Positions 38,176 to 46,687 of a stretch of DNA of 64,000 nt are shown here, piece after piece. Source of the stretch: an uncultured Chloroflexia bacterium (GTDB taxonomy: Bacteria > Chloroflexota > Limnocylindria > Limnocylindrales > CSP1-4); NCBI GenBank assembly GCA_963716025.1, contig CAVQSY010000003.1, positions 55,059 through 119,058 of the forward strand. The letters are read 5' to 3'. Every line of letters begins with the position of its first letter. The first letter of the stretch is position 1. The notes beneath the pieces are model-generated. The model saw only the letters and a program-made list of their open reading frames with translations. It was not told the origin of the DNA and did not search any database. The position numbers and the translations under genes are program-made.

Positions 38176-40764
38176 ATGGAGCCGCAGGTACCGGATCGCG
38201 CGCGCAGTGGACGACCTGCGGTCGCCCCGGAAGCGCTCGCACCCGCGGTCCGTCTCCTCGGGCGGTCCGAGGAGGAGCGGTCGCTGGGCGAGGCGATCGC
38301 CGCGTCGAGGCCGGTCGTGATCGTGGGCGAGGCCGGCATCGGCAAGTCCGCCCTCATGGCCGCGGCGGTCGCGGGCCGGCCCGCCCGGTTCGGAGGGGCA
38401 CTCGGGATGCTGGCGGCGGTGCCCTGCCTTGCGCTTCACCGGGCGGTCGGCGGCGTGGTCGACGGCGACGCCGCGACGGTCGCGCAGAACGTGCTCAGAC
38501 GCGTGCCGGACGGCGGCGTCCTGGTACTCGATGACCTCCACTGGGCCGACGACACGACGGTCGACGTCATCCGCCGGCTGTGCGGCCTGCTTCCGCTGCT
38601 GATGGGCGTCAGGTCCGGCGGCGCCCGGGCCGACGCCGTGGTAGCGGCGCTTGCCGCGAGCGGTGCCACCGTCCTCCCACTGGGACCGCTGCCCATCGGT
38701 GACGCTGCCGCGCTGGCGATCCGCGACCATTCATCGCTGGGGCCTGCGGCCGCCCGGCGGCTGGCCACCGCGAGCGGCGGCAACCCGCTCCTGGTCCAGG
38801 AGCTGGCGCGGTCCGGCGAGGTGACCACCAGCCTCCGGCTCGCGATCCTCCACCGGCTCGGGGGCCTCGGCCCTGAGCGTCGATCCCTGGTGGAGCTCCT
38901 TGCCGTCGCCGGGACACCCCTGCCCCTGGAGCGCCTCGGGGCGGACGCCGCGATGGTGCCATCGCTCGCGGGCAGTGGGTTCCTGCAGTCATCCGACGGC
39001 ATCGTCGGCATCCGCCACGCGCTGATCGCCGACGTCGTCGCCGCTGCGCTCGGACCGGCCCGCCGGGCCGGGGTCCACCGGCGCGCCGCGTCGCTGGTGG
39101 ACGACCCGTTGCTGAAGGCCCGCCACCTGGCAGGCGCCGGGGCGCGCCACGCCGCGGTCGTCGTCGCGTCCGCGGCCGCGGGCGATCCCGGCCTGCCGGC
39201 CGGCCACCGCGCGGCCGCCCTGGCCGTGGCGGCCGAGAACGAGGCGGGACCCGATGCCGGCGGGCTGCGGCTCGATGCGGCGGAGGCCCTGGCCGCCGCG
39301 GCCCAGTTCCGCGAAGCGGGGCGCCTGCTCGACCTCGTCCCGGGAAACGATGCGCCTCATCGGGCCCGGTCTCTCCGGATCCGGGCGAGCGTTCTCTGGG
39401 GTCTGGGCGACGGCCCCGGCTCGCTTGCCGCCGCGGAAGCCGCGCTGGCCGCATCCGACCCCGCCGACACCCGGCTGCGGGCGGGCATCCAGCTGGAGCT
39501 CGCCTGGACGGTCACCCTGATGCGCGACGGGCCGCGAGCCGTGCCACTGGCCCGCGATGCCCTGGCAGCGCACCTGGCGCTCGGCCTGCCGCCCGGCCCG
39601 GCGAGGCGCGTCCTGGCCACCGCCATGTCCATCACCCAGGTGGCGATCGACGAATGGGGGCCCCTGCTGCGCGGTGCGATCGACGAGGCGCACAGCCGTG
39701 GCGACCTGGCCGAGGAGCTGCTGTGCGCCAAGATCCTCGCGGCGAGCGAGCAGGTGGCCGGCAACCCGGCGGCGGGCCGGGTGCTGGGCGAGGCCCTGGC
39801 TGACCGCGCCCGCGCCGGCGGCATGCTCGGCTGGGAGCAGTCGCTGCGCTCCACGCTGCTGTCGATCGCAGTCTCGCAGGCTGACTACGCGAAGGCGATC
39901 ACGGACGGCGACGCACTGCTGGACGAGCCGCTCGAACCCAGGACGCGGGCGCAGGCTGCGGGCTCGCTGGCCATGGCCCTGCTCGACACGGGACGACTCG
40001 ACGACGCTTTGGCCGTGCTTGCGCCAGCCCTGGCCACCGCTCCGGACGACCCCGACGGCCGGTTCGACCTGCTCCACGCCCGTGTCGAGCACGCCCTCGC
40101 GGACGGCGATCCGGCCCGCGCCCTCGCGCTGGCCGACGCGGCGCTGGCCTCCTACGGCGAGGCGTCGTACGGCGACGTGCGGTCGCTCCGCGTCGCTCGC
40201 GACTGGGCGGCCCTGGAGGCCGGGCTGCCGGCGGGTGCGGCGGTGCCGGACGAGCCGGTCCATCCCTTCTGGGCCGGCGCGGCACCGGAACGCGAGGGGA
40301 TCCGTGCCCTCGCACGGGATCGCCCGGCCGATGCCGCGCGGCTGTTTGCCCTGGCCTCGGCGCGCTACGCCCGCTACCTCCGCCGCGCCGAGATCCGCTG
40401 CCGGTGGGCCGAGGGTGGCGCCCTGCGGCGCGCCGGGCGCATCGCCGAGGCGATCCGCGTCCTCGAGGCCGCGGAGGCCACCGCCGAGGGCCTGGGCATG
40501 GTGCCGCTCGTCGCCCGGATCCGCCGCGAGATCCGCCTGACCGGGACCCGCCGGTCGGTCGCCAGGGGCCGCCGCGGCCGGCTCTCGGCCCGCGAGCGCG
40601 AGGTGCTCGACCTGGTGGCGACCGGCCTGACCAATGCCCAGATCGCGGCCCGGCTCGGGGTCGGCCGACCCACCGTGGCACGGCTGATCGCGAATGCGGG
40701 GGACAAGCTCGGGACCACGTCCCGCCTCCAGGCCGCCGTCGAGCGCGACAGGGGGCCGGCATGA
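38176..40764 (+). CDS. LAL-type (large ATP-binding LuxR family) transcriptional regulator
   Basis: Walker A VVIVGEAGIGKSAL, Walker B-like GGVLVLDDLHWAD, a long Ala/Leu-rich helical repeat region, and a C-terminal LuxR HTH LSAREREVLDLVATGLTNAQIAARLGVGRPTVARLIANAGDKLG. The start is 38176 or 38125. Confidence 0.85.
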   Translation: MEPQVPDRARSGRPAVAPEALAPAVRLLGRSEEERSLGEAIAASRPVVIVGEAGIGKSALMAAAVAGRPARFGGALGMLAAVPCLALHRAVGGVVDGDAATVAQNVLRRVPDGGVLVLDDLHWADDTTVDVIRRLCGLLPLLMGVRSGGARADAVVAALAASGATVLPLGPLPIGDAAALAIRDHSSLGPAAARRLATASGGNPLLVQELARSGEVTTSLRLAILHRLGGLGPERRSLVELLAVAGTPLPLERLGADAAMVPSLAGSGFLQSSDGIVGIRHALIADVVAAALGPARRAGVHRRAASLVDDPLLKARHLAGAGARHAAVVVASAAAGDPGLPAGHRAAALAVAAENEAGPDAGGLRLDAAEALAAAAQFREAGRLLDLVPGNDAPHRARSLRIRASVLWGLGDGPGSLAAAEAALAASDPADTRLRAGIQLELAWTVTLMRDGPRAVPLARDALAAHLALGLPPGPARRVLATAMSITQVAIDEWGPLLRGAIDEAHSRGDLAEELLCAKILAASEQVAGNPAAGRVLGEALADRARAGGMLGWEQSLRSTLLSIAVSQADYAKAITDGDALLDEPLEPRTRAQAAGSLAMALLDTGRLDDALAVLAPALATAPDDPDGRFDLLHARVEHALADGDPARALALADAALASYGEASYGDVRSLRVARDWAALEAGLPAGAAVPDEPVHPFWAGAAPEREGIRALARDRPADAARLFALASARYARYLRRAEIRCRWAEGGALRRAGRIAEAIRVLEAAEATAEGLGMVPLVARIRREIRLTGTRRSVARGRRGRLSAREREVLDLVATGLTNAQIAARLGVGRPTVARLIANAGDKLGTTSRLQAAVERDRGPA

Positions 40765-41282
40765 GGGACCACAGGCTCGCCCACACGGTGATCGAGGGAG
40801 ACGGCCCGCGCGCCGACGGGCATGCCCGGTCGGCGGTCGAGGCGGGCGTCGAGACCGGCCGCCGACCGCTGCACGGGTTCACGGGCGCCGGGCGCGACGC
40901 CGTGTGCCAAGGCTCCGTCGCCTCGACGGCGGACGCCCAGCTCGCGCTCCTGGCCGCGCTGGGCGGCGCGCTGCTGGTCGTGCGCGCGAGCGGGTCCCGG
41001 CGGACGATCGATGCCTTCCTCGACGATCTCCGGCGCCTCGGACCGGTGGATCACGTGACGCCCGACCGGCCGGCGCCACGGCGCCTCGACCGAGAGCAGC
41101 GGGCGCTGCTCGGCCTCCTCTCGGAGGGGCTCACGCTGGGCGAGTCGGCCAACCAGCTGGGGCTCGCGCGACGGACCGCCGACCGCCGCCTCGCGGCGGC
41201 CCGCGAGCTGCTCGGTGTGCGTACCACGGCGGAGGCCATCATGGCAGCCCACGAGGCCGGGCGGGGCGAGCCCACGGCCTGA
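40761..41282 (+). CDS. small HTH protein (LuxR/sigma-70 region-4-like C-terminus), translationally coupled to the LAL gene
   Basis: ATGA overlap at 40761-40764. C-terminus LDREQRALLGLLSEGLTLGESANQLGLARRTADRRLAAARELLGVRTTAEAI. The N-terminal half is unassigned. Confidence 0.6.
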   Translation: MRDHRLAHTVIEGDGPRADGHARSAVEAGVETGRRPLHGFTGAGRDAVCQGSVASTADAQLALLAALGGALLVVRASGSRRTIDAFLDDLRRLGPVDHVTPDRPAPRRLDREQRALLGLLSEGLTLGESANQLGLARRTADRRLAAARELLGVRTTAEAIMAAHEAGRGEPTA

Positions 41283-41381
41283 CGGGCGGGGCCGCCGGCC
41301 GACCAGTGGCGCAGGTGGACGATGACGAGGACCGGAGCCTGCCCCAGCCTTGCCTCGAAGGTCACCCCACGGAGGACAGTC

Positions 41382-41993
41382 ATGCGCGTCCCGATCGCCG
41401 CCGCTTCCGTCATCGCGATGGCGGTCGTCCTGTCGGCCTGCGGTGGAGGCGGCACCACGGGGAGCGGTCCCAGCGCCGACCCGGGGAGTGAGCCGACGGC
41501 AGCAGCCGTCACCACCGCACCCGAGCCCACGGTGGCCGCCACTGACGACGTGGCGCCGACCGCCGGCGACGGATCCGGGTCGGGCACGGCGTTCGCCGCC
41601 CGACCGTGCGAGGTCGTGACCCAGGGCGACGCCGAGGCGGCCCTGGGGGTGTCCGGCCTTACCAGCCAGGTCCTCCCGGTCGACCCGAACTCGGGCATCT
41701 GCTCCTGGCGCGATGCGGCGAACACGGTCGAGGTCTACGCAGGCGTCTGGGACAGCGGAGCCGGCCTCGGCCAGTGGGAGGCCATCGCGTACCTCGCCGA
41801 CAACGGCGGTGAGGGTATCGAGCGCATCGACGGTCTCGGCGGCGACGCCTTGTTCGCAACGCAGGGAGCCGTCCTGCTGGTCTGGAAGAACAGCACGCTC
41901 GTCCAGCTGACCGTCCGACATCCCGACTTCGACGAGGCGGCACAGCGGGCGGCGGTGATCGAGCTCGGCAGGGCAGCGCTCGGCCGCCTCTGA
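41382..41993 (+). CDS. lipoprotein, unknown function (tentatively DUF3558-like)
   Basis: GGAGG then ATG at 41382. MRVPIAAASVIAMAVVLSACGGGG (lipobox LSAC). Two conserved Cys (ARPCEVV ... SGICSW). Confidence 0.6.
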   Translation: MRVPIAAASVIAMAVVLSACGGGGTTGSGPSADPGSEPTAAAVTTAPEPTVAATDDVAPTAGDGSGSGTAFAARPCEVVTQGDAEAALGVSGLTSQVLPVDPNSGICSWRDAANTVEVYAGVWDSGAGLGQWEAIAYLADNGGEGIERIDGLGGDALFATQGAVLLVWKNSTLVQLTVRHPDFDEAAQRAAVIELGRAALGRL

Positions 41994-42011
41994 TGGGCCC
42001 TGGCGTCCGCG

Positions 42012-42063
42012 GCGGCCCGACGCCGCGGCCCGACGCCTCGGCCTAACACCTCGGCCTAACACC
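42012..42063. repeat. tandem 13-bp units: GCGGCCCGACGCC x2 then TCGGCCTAACACC x2
   Basis: Units at 42012, 42025, 42038 and 42051, in the convergent gap between the lipoprotein and the acyltransferase gene. Confidence 0.85.
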
Positions 42064-42146
42064 ATCGTCGCCGTCGCCATCGCCGGTGACGGCTCCATCC
42101 CGCGACGCCTACCCCCACCCGGAGCGCAGCTCCGGAGGCCCAGGGC

Positions 42147-43046
42147 TCAGGCGCGGTCCAGGCGTCCCGGCCGGAGGAACAGCCAGGTGAGCCGGCGCGA
42201 CAGCCGGCGGGGATGATCCGGCGGGTCCACCGTGCGAGGGTGGAGCGCCTCGACCGCGGGCCCAAGCAGGGCCTCGAGGCGCCCCGTGAGCGCCTTGGCG
42301 AGGTCCAGCTCCCGGCGGGATCCGGGCTCCGGCAGCGATCCATCCCATGCATCGCCGAGCAGCATCCGGGCGGAGGTGGCGGGCAGCACCTGCGAGGCCA
42401 TCCGGCGGCCGATGTAGAGCTCCTCGGTGCCGGCGATCACGAGCGGGACGAGCGGCGCACCGGTCCGGATGGCAATCAGCGCGGCACCCGGGCGGAACGG
42501 GCTGATGCGACCGGGCGGACCGGACACGGTGCCCTCGGGCATCTGGACGAAGACGCCGCCGTTGCGGATGACGGCGTGCGCCGCCGCGACGTGGTCGTCG
42601 ATGCCCATCCCGCCGCGCCAGACCGGGAGCAGCCCGCCCAGGCGGCGGATGAGCCGCTCGCGCCAGGCCGAAGTGAACGTGGACGGGCCGCTGCCGAGGA
42701 ACCAGGCCCGTGGCTCGACAGGGAGTGCGTGCATGACGACGAACGGATCCATCCAGCCGCGGTGAGCGGCCCCGACGAGCAGGTACCCGCCACCGGCCGG
42801 AAGATGCTCCCGTCCGGACGATCCGATCCTGAACCGGAACACGCCGAAGGCGAGAACGCGGACGAGCAGGCGCACCGCCCGGTACAGGACTGAAGCTCGT
42901 GACTCGGGCTCGCGACCCAGCCACTCGAGCCCCTCGCGAACACCCGTGCGGCGGGCCGCCTCGAGCACGCCCGGCGCGAGCCGGGACTTCGGACGTCGAC
43001 GTGCGGGCGCGGGTTGTTCAGGCTCCACCGGAGCGGCCGCGGTCAT
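42147..43046 (-). CDS. 1-acyl-sn-glycerol-3-phosphate acyltransferase family (PlsC-like)
   Basis: ATG at 43046 (MTAAAPVEPEQP). GAAHRGWMDPFVV (HX4D-type block), FVQMPEGTVSGP, FRPGAALIAIRTGAPLVPLVIAG. Overlaps the lgt 3' end by about 29 nt. Confidence 0.75.
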   Translation of the reverse strand: MTAAAPVEPEQPAPARRRPKSRLAPGVLEAARRTGVREGLEWLGREPESRASVLYRAVRLLVRVLAFGVFRFRIGSSGREHLPAGGGYLLVGAAHRGWMDPFVVMHALPVEPRAWFLGSGPSTFTSAWRERLIRRLGGLLPVWRGGMGIDDHVAAAHAVIRNGGVFVQMPEGTVSGPPGRISPFRPGAALIAIRTGAPLVPLVIAGTEELYIGRRMASQVLPATSARMLLGDAWDGSLPEPGSRRELDLAKALTGRLEALLGPAVEALHPRTVDPPDHPRRLSRRLTWLFLRPGRLDRA

Positions 43047-44100
43047 CGCCGGCCTCCTCCACCACCTCGATCTCGTCCTCGTCGACCCAGATCTCCTCGA
43101 CGACGTCGCCATCGTCGATCCGTGCCGGCGGCTCGCCCCAGCGGTCGCCCGCGGTCGCTCCCGGCCGGTGCCGCCACAGCAGCATGCCGCCGGCGATCGC
43201 GAAGATCACCGTGCTGACGATCATGGCTGTCGGGATGCCGCCGAGGGTCCAGTTCTCCGAACGGAGCGTCTCGAGCGAGAAGCGCACGACCGCGTACCAC
43301 ATGGCCCACACCAGCAGCAGGTCGCCGGGACGCATCCGCGGCCCGAACCGGCGCGCGATCCAGAGCAGCGCGATCACCCCCACGATCCCGCTCGCCGACT
43401 CGTACAGGAACAGCGGGTGGAAGCCGGTCGTCGCCTCGGGGAAGGTGGTGCACGGGTAGTCGACGATGCGATGGGCACAGTCGATGGCGATCCCCCACGG
43501 CAGCGGGGTGGGCGGCCCGTAGAGCTCCTGGTTGAAGAAGTTGCCCCACCGGCCCACGGCCTGCATCACGAACAGGCCCGGCGCGACGACGTCGGCCCAG
43601 CGCCAGAAGGGCTGCTTCCACCACCACCGGATGAGCACCCAGGCGGCGATCGTGCCGGTGATGATCCCACCGTAGACCCCAAGGCCCGTGAAGCCGGCGA
43701 ACTGGTAGCCGCCGTCGGCCGTCCGCGCAATCGGCAGGAAGACCGTCAGCAGATCGTCCTTGTAGCGCTGCCACTGGTCGATGACGTGGTACAGGCGCCC
43801 GCCGAGCAGGGCCGCGACCGCGACGACGATGATCCCGGTGTCGATCAGCCGGGCGTCGAGACCGCGCCGCCGCGCCTCGCGGGTGATCACCAGGTAGGTG
43901 GCCGCCAGGCCGACCGCGTAGGCGATGCCGTACCACAGGAGCGGAATCGGGCCGAGCTGGATGGCGACCGGGTCCGGGGTGACGTTGATGAGGGCGATCA
44001 GCGGCTGCAACAACGACCCCTCTGCACGGACATCGCGCGGAGTGTAGCCCGAGCGACGCCTGCCGGTTCTCGAGCACCAGTTGCGGCCCGAGCGCGCCAT
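43018..44100 (-). CDS. lgt: prolipoprotein diacylglyceryl transferase
   Basis: LGPIPLLWYGIAYAVGLAATY, LLGGRLYHV, GRWGNFFNQELYGPPT, FHPLFLYESASG. Acidic C-terminal tail. The start is uncertain (ATG at 44100 or a TTG near 44010). Confidence 0.85.
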   Translation of the reverse strand: MARSGRNWCSRTGRRRSGYTPRDVRAEGSLLQPLIALINVTPDPVAIQLGPIPLLWYGIAYAVGLAATYLVITREARRRGLDARLIDTGIIVVAVAALLGGRLYHVIDQWQRYKDDLLTVFLPIARTADGGYQFAGFTGLGVYGGIITGTIAAWVLIRWWWKQPFWRWADVVAPGLFVMQAVGRWGNFFNQELYGPPTPLPWGIAIDCAHRIVDYPCTTFPEATTGFHPLFLYESASGIVGVIALLWIARRFGPRMRPGDLLLVWAMWYAVVRFSLETLRSENWTLGGIPTAMIVSTVIFAIAGGMLLWRHRPGATAGDRWGEPPARIDDGDVVEEIWVDEDEIEVVEEAGDDRGRSGGA

Positions 44101-44126
44101 GGGTCCCGTCGGCTATCCTCCGCCCG

Positions 44127-44435
44127 ATGAGCGGCGACTTCAACTGGTGGCTCCTGGTCGTCGGCGCAGTCGCCGGCGTGGCCCTCACGTGGCTGGTGCT
44201 GGCGGACACCCAGCGGCGGGAGGAGGAGATCACCGAGGAGGAGCTGGCCGCGGAGGCCGGCTGGATCGCGCGGGCGCTTCCCGGTGGACCGCGACGCGAC
44301 GACATCGAGCGCGTCCTCCGCGCCCATCGCCGGTACCTGGGGTTTGCGCCTCCGGACACGCTCGTGGACCCGGCCGACCTCACGGGCCTCGCGCACGACC
44401 CGGCGGGATCAGGCGCCCCGGAGACGGACGGCTAG
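44127..44435 (+). CDS. hypothetical small membrane-anchored protein (102 aa)
   Basis: MSGDFNWWLLVVGAVAGVALTWLVLADTQRREEE...: a single N-terminal TM helix, then a charged region. Confidence 0.45.
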   Translation: MSGDFNWWLLVVGAVAGVALTWLVLADTQRREEEITEEELAAEAGWIARALPGGPRRDDIERVLRAHRRYLGFAPPDTLVDPADLTGLAHDPAGSGAPETDG

Positions 44436-44442
44436 CCGTCCG

Positions 44443-44934
44443 TCAGGACTCGGCGGGCCGATCCGTGCCGGGGGCGATGGGCAGAGGGCGGTTCTCGAAC
44501 CCGGTGGTGAACACCACGTCCGTCTCGGTCGCGAACACGTCCTCGGTGGTCTGGATCCGGCGGACGATCACTCCGAGGTGCTCCATGTCGCGAGCGCGGA
44601 TCTTGAGGATGTAGTCCGCCTCGCCGGTGACGTGGTGGCATTCCTCGATCTCGGGGATGGCGCTGAACTCCGGCGTCAGGTCCTTCGAGACGGTGCCGGG
44701 CGCCTGGGTCACCCACGTGAAGGCCAGAACGGACAGCCCGACCGCAGCCGGATCGACGTCGGCCCCGTAGCCCCGGATGACGCCGCGGGCCTCGAGCTTC
44801 CGCACCCGCTCGTGAACGGACGGCGCGGCCATCCCAAGATCCGAGGCGAGATCCGTATACGAGCGACGACCCTGGGTCTGGAGGATCTCCAGGACCCGCG
44901 CGTCGTTGTCGCTGAGAGGGACGTTCTTGCTCAT
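44443..44934 (-). CDS. Lrp/AsnC-family transcriptional regulator
   Basis: ATG at 44934. MSKNVPLSDNDARVLEILQTQGRRSYTDLASDLGMAAPSVHERVRKLEARGVIRGY...CHHVTGEADYILKIRARDMEHL. Confidence 0.9.
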   Translation of the reverse strand: MSKNVPLSDNDARVLEILQTQGRRSYTDLASDLGMAAPSVHERVRKLEARGVIRGYGADVDPAAVGLSVLAFTWVTQAPGTVSKDLTPEFSAIPEIEECHHVTGEADYILKIRARDMEHLGVIVRRIQTTEDVFATETDVVFTTGFENRPLPIAPGTDRPAES

Positions 44935-44936
44935 CT

Positions 44937-44986
44937 GGTACCTATTATTAGGCAATCCGCTTGCATGGCCTTTGTATCTTAGGTAC
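44937..44986. promoter_or_regulatory. low-GC divergent promoter region with inverted GGTACCTA / TAGGTAC motifs
   Basis: GGTACCTATTATTAGGCAATCC...TTTGTATCTTAGGTACAGTAGG is the most AT-rich stretch of the window. GGTACCTA at 44937-44944 pairs with TAGGTAC at 44980-44986. Confidence 0.4.
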
Positions 44987-45085
44987 AGTAGGTCCATTAG
45001 GGTTACGTCTGGGGTGCCGACCCCGCCGGATCGGCCGGCGGGACCTCACGGTCCGCGGCCCAGCCCCGTTTATGCAGGTTCAGAC

Positions 45086-45220
45086 ATGGTGCTCGTTGCC
45101 GTGTTCACGCTCCTCGCGCTGTTCTCGATCATCAGCATCGTGATGAGCGCCGAGGATCCCCAGCGGTTGAGCGATCCCAGGGACAATCCGATCCTCTGGG
45201 GCACCGTCGGCCGCCGGTAA
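45086..45220 (+). CDS. 44-aa membrane micro-protein
   Basis: MVLVAVFTLLALFSIISIVMSAEDPQRLSDPRDNPILWGTVGRR. Third codon positions are nearly all G/C by hand check. A canonical terminator follows. The ORF could start further upstream. Confidence 0.45.
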   Translation: MVLVAVFTLLALFSIISIVMSAEDPQRLSDPRDNPILWGTVGRR

Positions 45221-45246
45221 GCGCGTCCTACAGCCTACTGCACGAG

Positions 45247-45270
45247 ACCCCGGCCATCGGCCGGGGTTTC
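45247..45270 (+). terminator. intrinsic terminator
   Basis: ACCCCGGCC-ATC-GGCCGGGGT followed by TTC, 27 nt after the micro-ORF stop. Confidence 0.7.
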
Positions 45271-45402
45271 GTCATATCCGGGAGCCTGCGCCGTCGTGGC
45301 GACGTCGGCCACGGGACAGGACCGGGCGCCGTTCTGGCAGCCCTCTCCCGACCCAAGACGGGCCTGTACTCTAGGTCTCGTCACCGTCCCGGAGTCCGCT
45401 CG

Positions 45403-46335
45403 TTGCCCAGCCTTCCCCGGCCCTACCGACCGACCCCGGTCCCGAGCGTGCGCCCGTGGGCCGGAACCCGCCTTGGCCCGCCCGGCACGAGCATCGGAGA
45501 GCTGTGGCTGGCAGGCCCGGAGTCCCTGGTGCAAACCGACAGCGCGGAGCGGACCCTTGACGCGCTTGCCGAGATGGACGGCGAGACGCTGGTCGGCAGC
45601 CGCGGGATGGCGCTCCTCGGGCCACGGTTCCCCCTGTTGATCAAGGTGATCGACGCCGCTGACCGATTGTCCCTGCAGGTCCACCCCGATGACGCCCTCG
45701 CCCGCGAGCTGTACGGCCCCGGGGCCGTGGGCAAGGCCGAAGCCTGGCTGGTGCTCGAATCGGAGCCGGGGGCGGAGCTCATCACGGGCCCCGCCCCAGA
45801 CGTGGACGGCGAGCGGCTGCTGTCTTTGGTCGCTGCCGGCGAGGCGGACCTCCAGCACTGTCGCCGGACGCCGGCCACGCCGGGCGACACGTGGCTGCTC
45901 CGTCCCGGGACCCTGCACGCCATCGGCGCGGGGACGTTCGTCTACGAGATCGAGCAACCCTCTGACCTGACATTCCGGATCTCCGACTGGGGCCGGCCCA
46001 CCGGCCGGGTGCTGCACCTGGCGGAGGCCTTGCGCGCGCTGCAGCCCACCCGGCACGCAGAGCTGCGCGGAACCGGGTTCCGACTCGATGACGGCTCCCT
46101 CGAGTCACCCCAGCTGCGCCTGGAGCTGCCCGACCTCTCCGGCGTGATCACTCGCGAGCCGGCCGGGCGCACGTGCGAGGTCGTGACGTCGGCCCGGGGC
46201 ACGCTCCACCTTGACGGCGATGGCTGGCACGAGATCCTGGAGCCCCTGGAGACCCTCGTCGTCCCGGCGGCCGTCGACCGGTACACGCTCCGCGGCGCCG
46301 TTGGGGCGCTCGCGTGCGTGGGCAGCATCCCCTAG
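45403..46335 (+). CDS. manA: type I phosphomannose isomerase-like (cupin) protein
   Basis: VRPWAGTRLG...IGELWLAG...RFPLLIKVIDAADRLSLQVHPDD...GKAEAWLVL...GTLHAIGAGTFVYEIEQPSDLTFRISDWGR. TTG start, uncertain. Confidence 0.7.
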   Translation: MPSLPRPYRPTPVPSVRPWAGTRLGPPGTSIGELWLAGPESLVQTDSAERTLDALAEMDGETLVGSRGMALLGPRFPLLIKVIDAADRLSLQVHPDDALARELYGPGAVGKAEAWLVLESEPGAELITGPAPDVDGERLLSLVAAGEADLQHCRRTPATPGDTWLLRPGTLHAIGAGTFVYEIEQPSDLTFRISDWGRPTGRVLHLAEALRALQPTRHAELRGTGFRLDDGSLESPQLRLELPDLSGVITREPAGRTCEVVTSARGTLHLDGDGWHEILEPLETLVVPAAVDRYTLRGAVGALACVGSIP

Positions 46336-46369
46336 CAGGGCTCCACGTCTCCTTTGCCGGGGTTCGGCG

Positions 46370-46687
46370 CTACCAGGTGCCGGCCGGGTGCCGGCGGAGC
46401 GCCTCGAGCGAGCCCGCGGGCAGGTGCGCCTCCAGGCAGGTGACGCCGTCCGGACCCACGAGCGCGTCGTGGCGGGTGCCCGCCGGCAGATCCAGCCGAT
46501 CGCCCTCCTCGAGGTCCACCGCGGTCCCCAGGTCCGGAACGCCGAACCGCACGGATCCGGCAGCGCACACCAGCACCTTGTCGTAGTCGTGCGCGTGGGC
46601 CGCATACCGGTCGCCCGGCCCGTTCGACCACGCGCCGGGCGCGAGCCCCTCGGCCTCCAGCCGGGCGGCCAGCCGGTCCAGGCTCAC
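46370..46687 (-). CDS. small cupin-domain protein
   Basis: GTG overlaps the upstream stop (GTGA at 46684-46687). GDRYAAHAHDYDKVLVCAAGSVRFGV...LPAGTRHDALVGPDGVTCLE. Confidence 0.6.
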   Translation of the reverse strand: MSLDRLAARLEAEGLAPGAWSNGPGDRYAAHAHDYDKVLVCAAGSVRFGVPDLGTAVDLEEGDRLDLPAGTRHDALVGPDGVTCLEAHLPAGSLEALRRHPAGTW

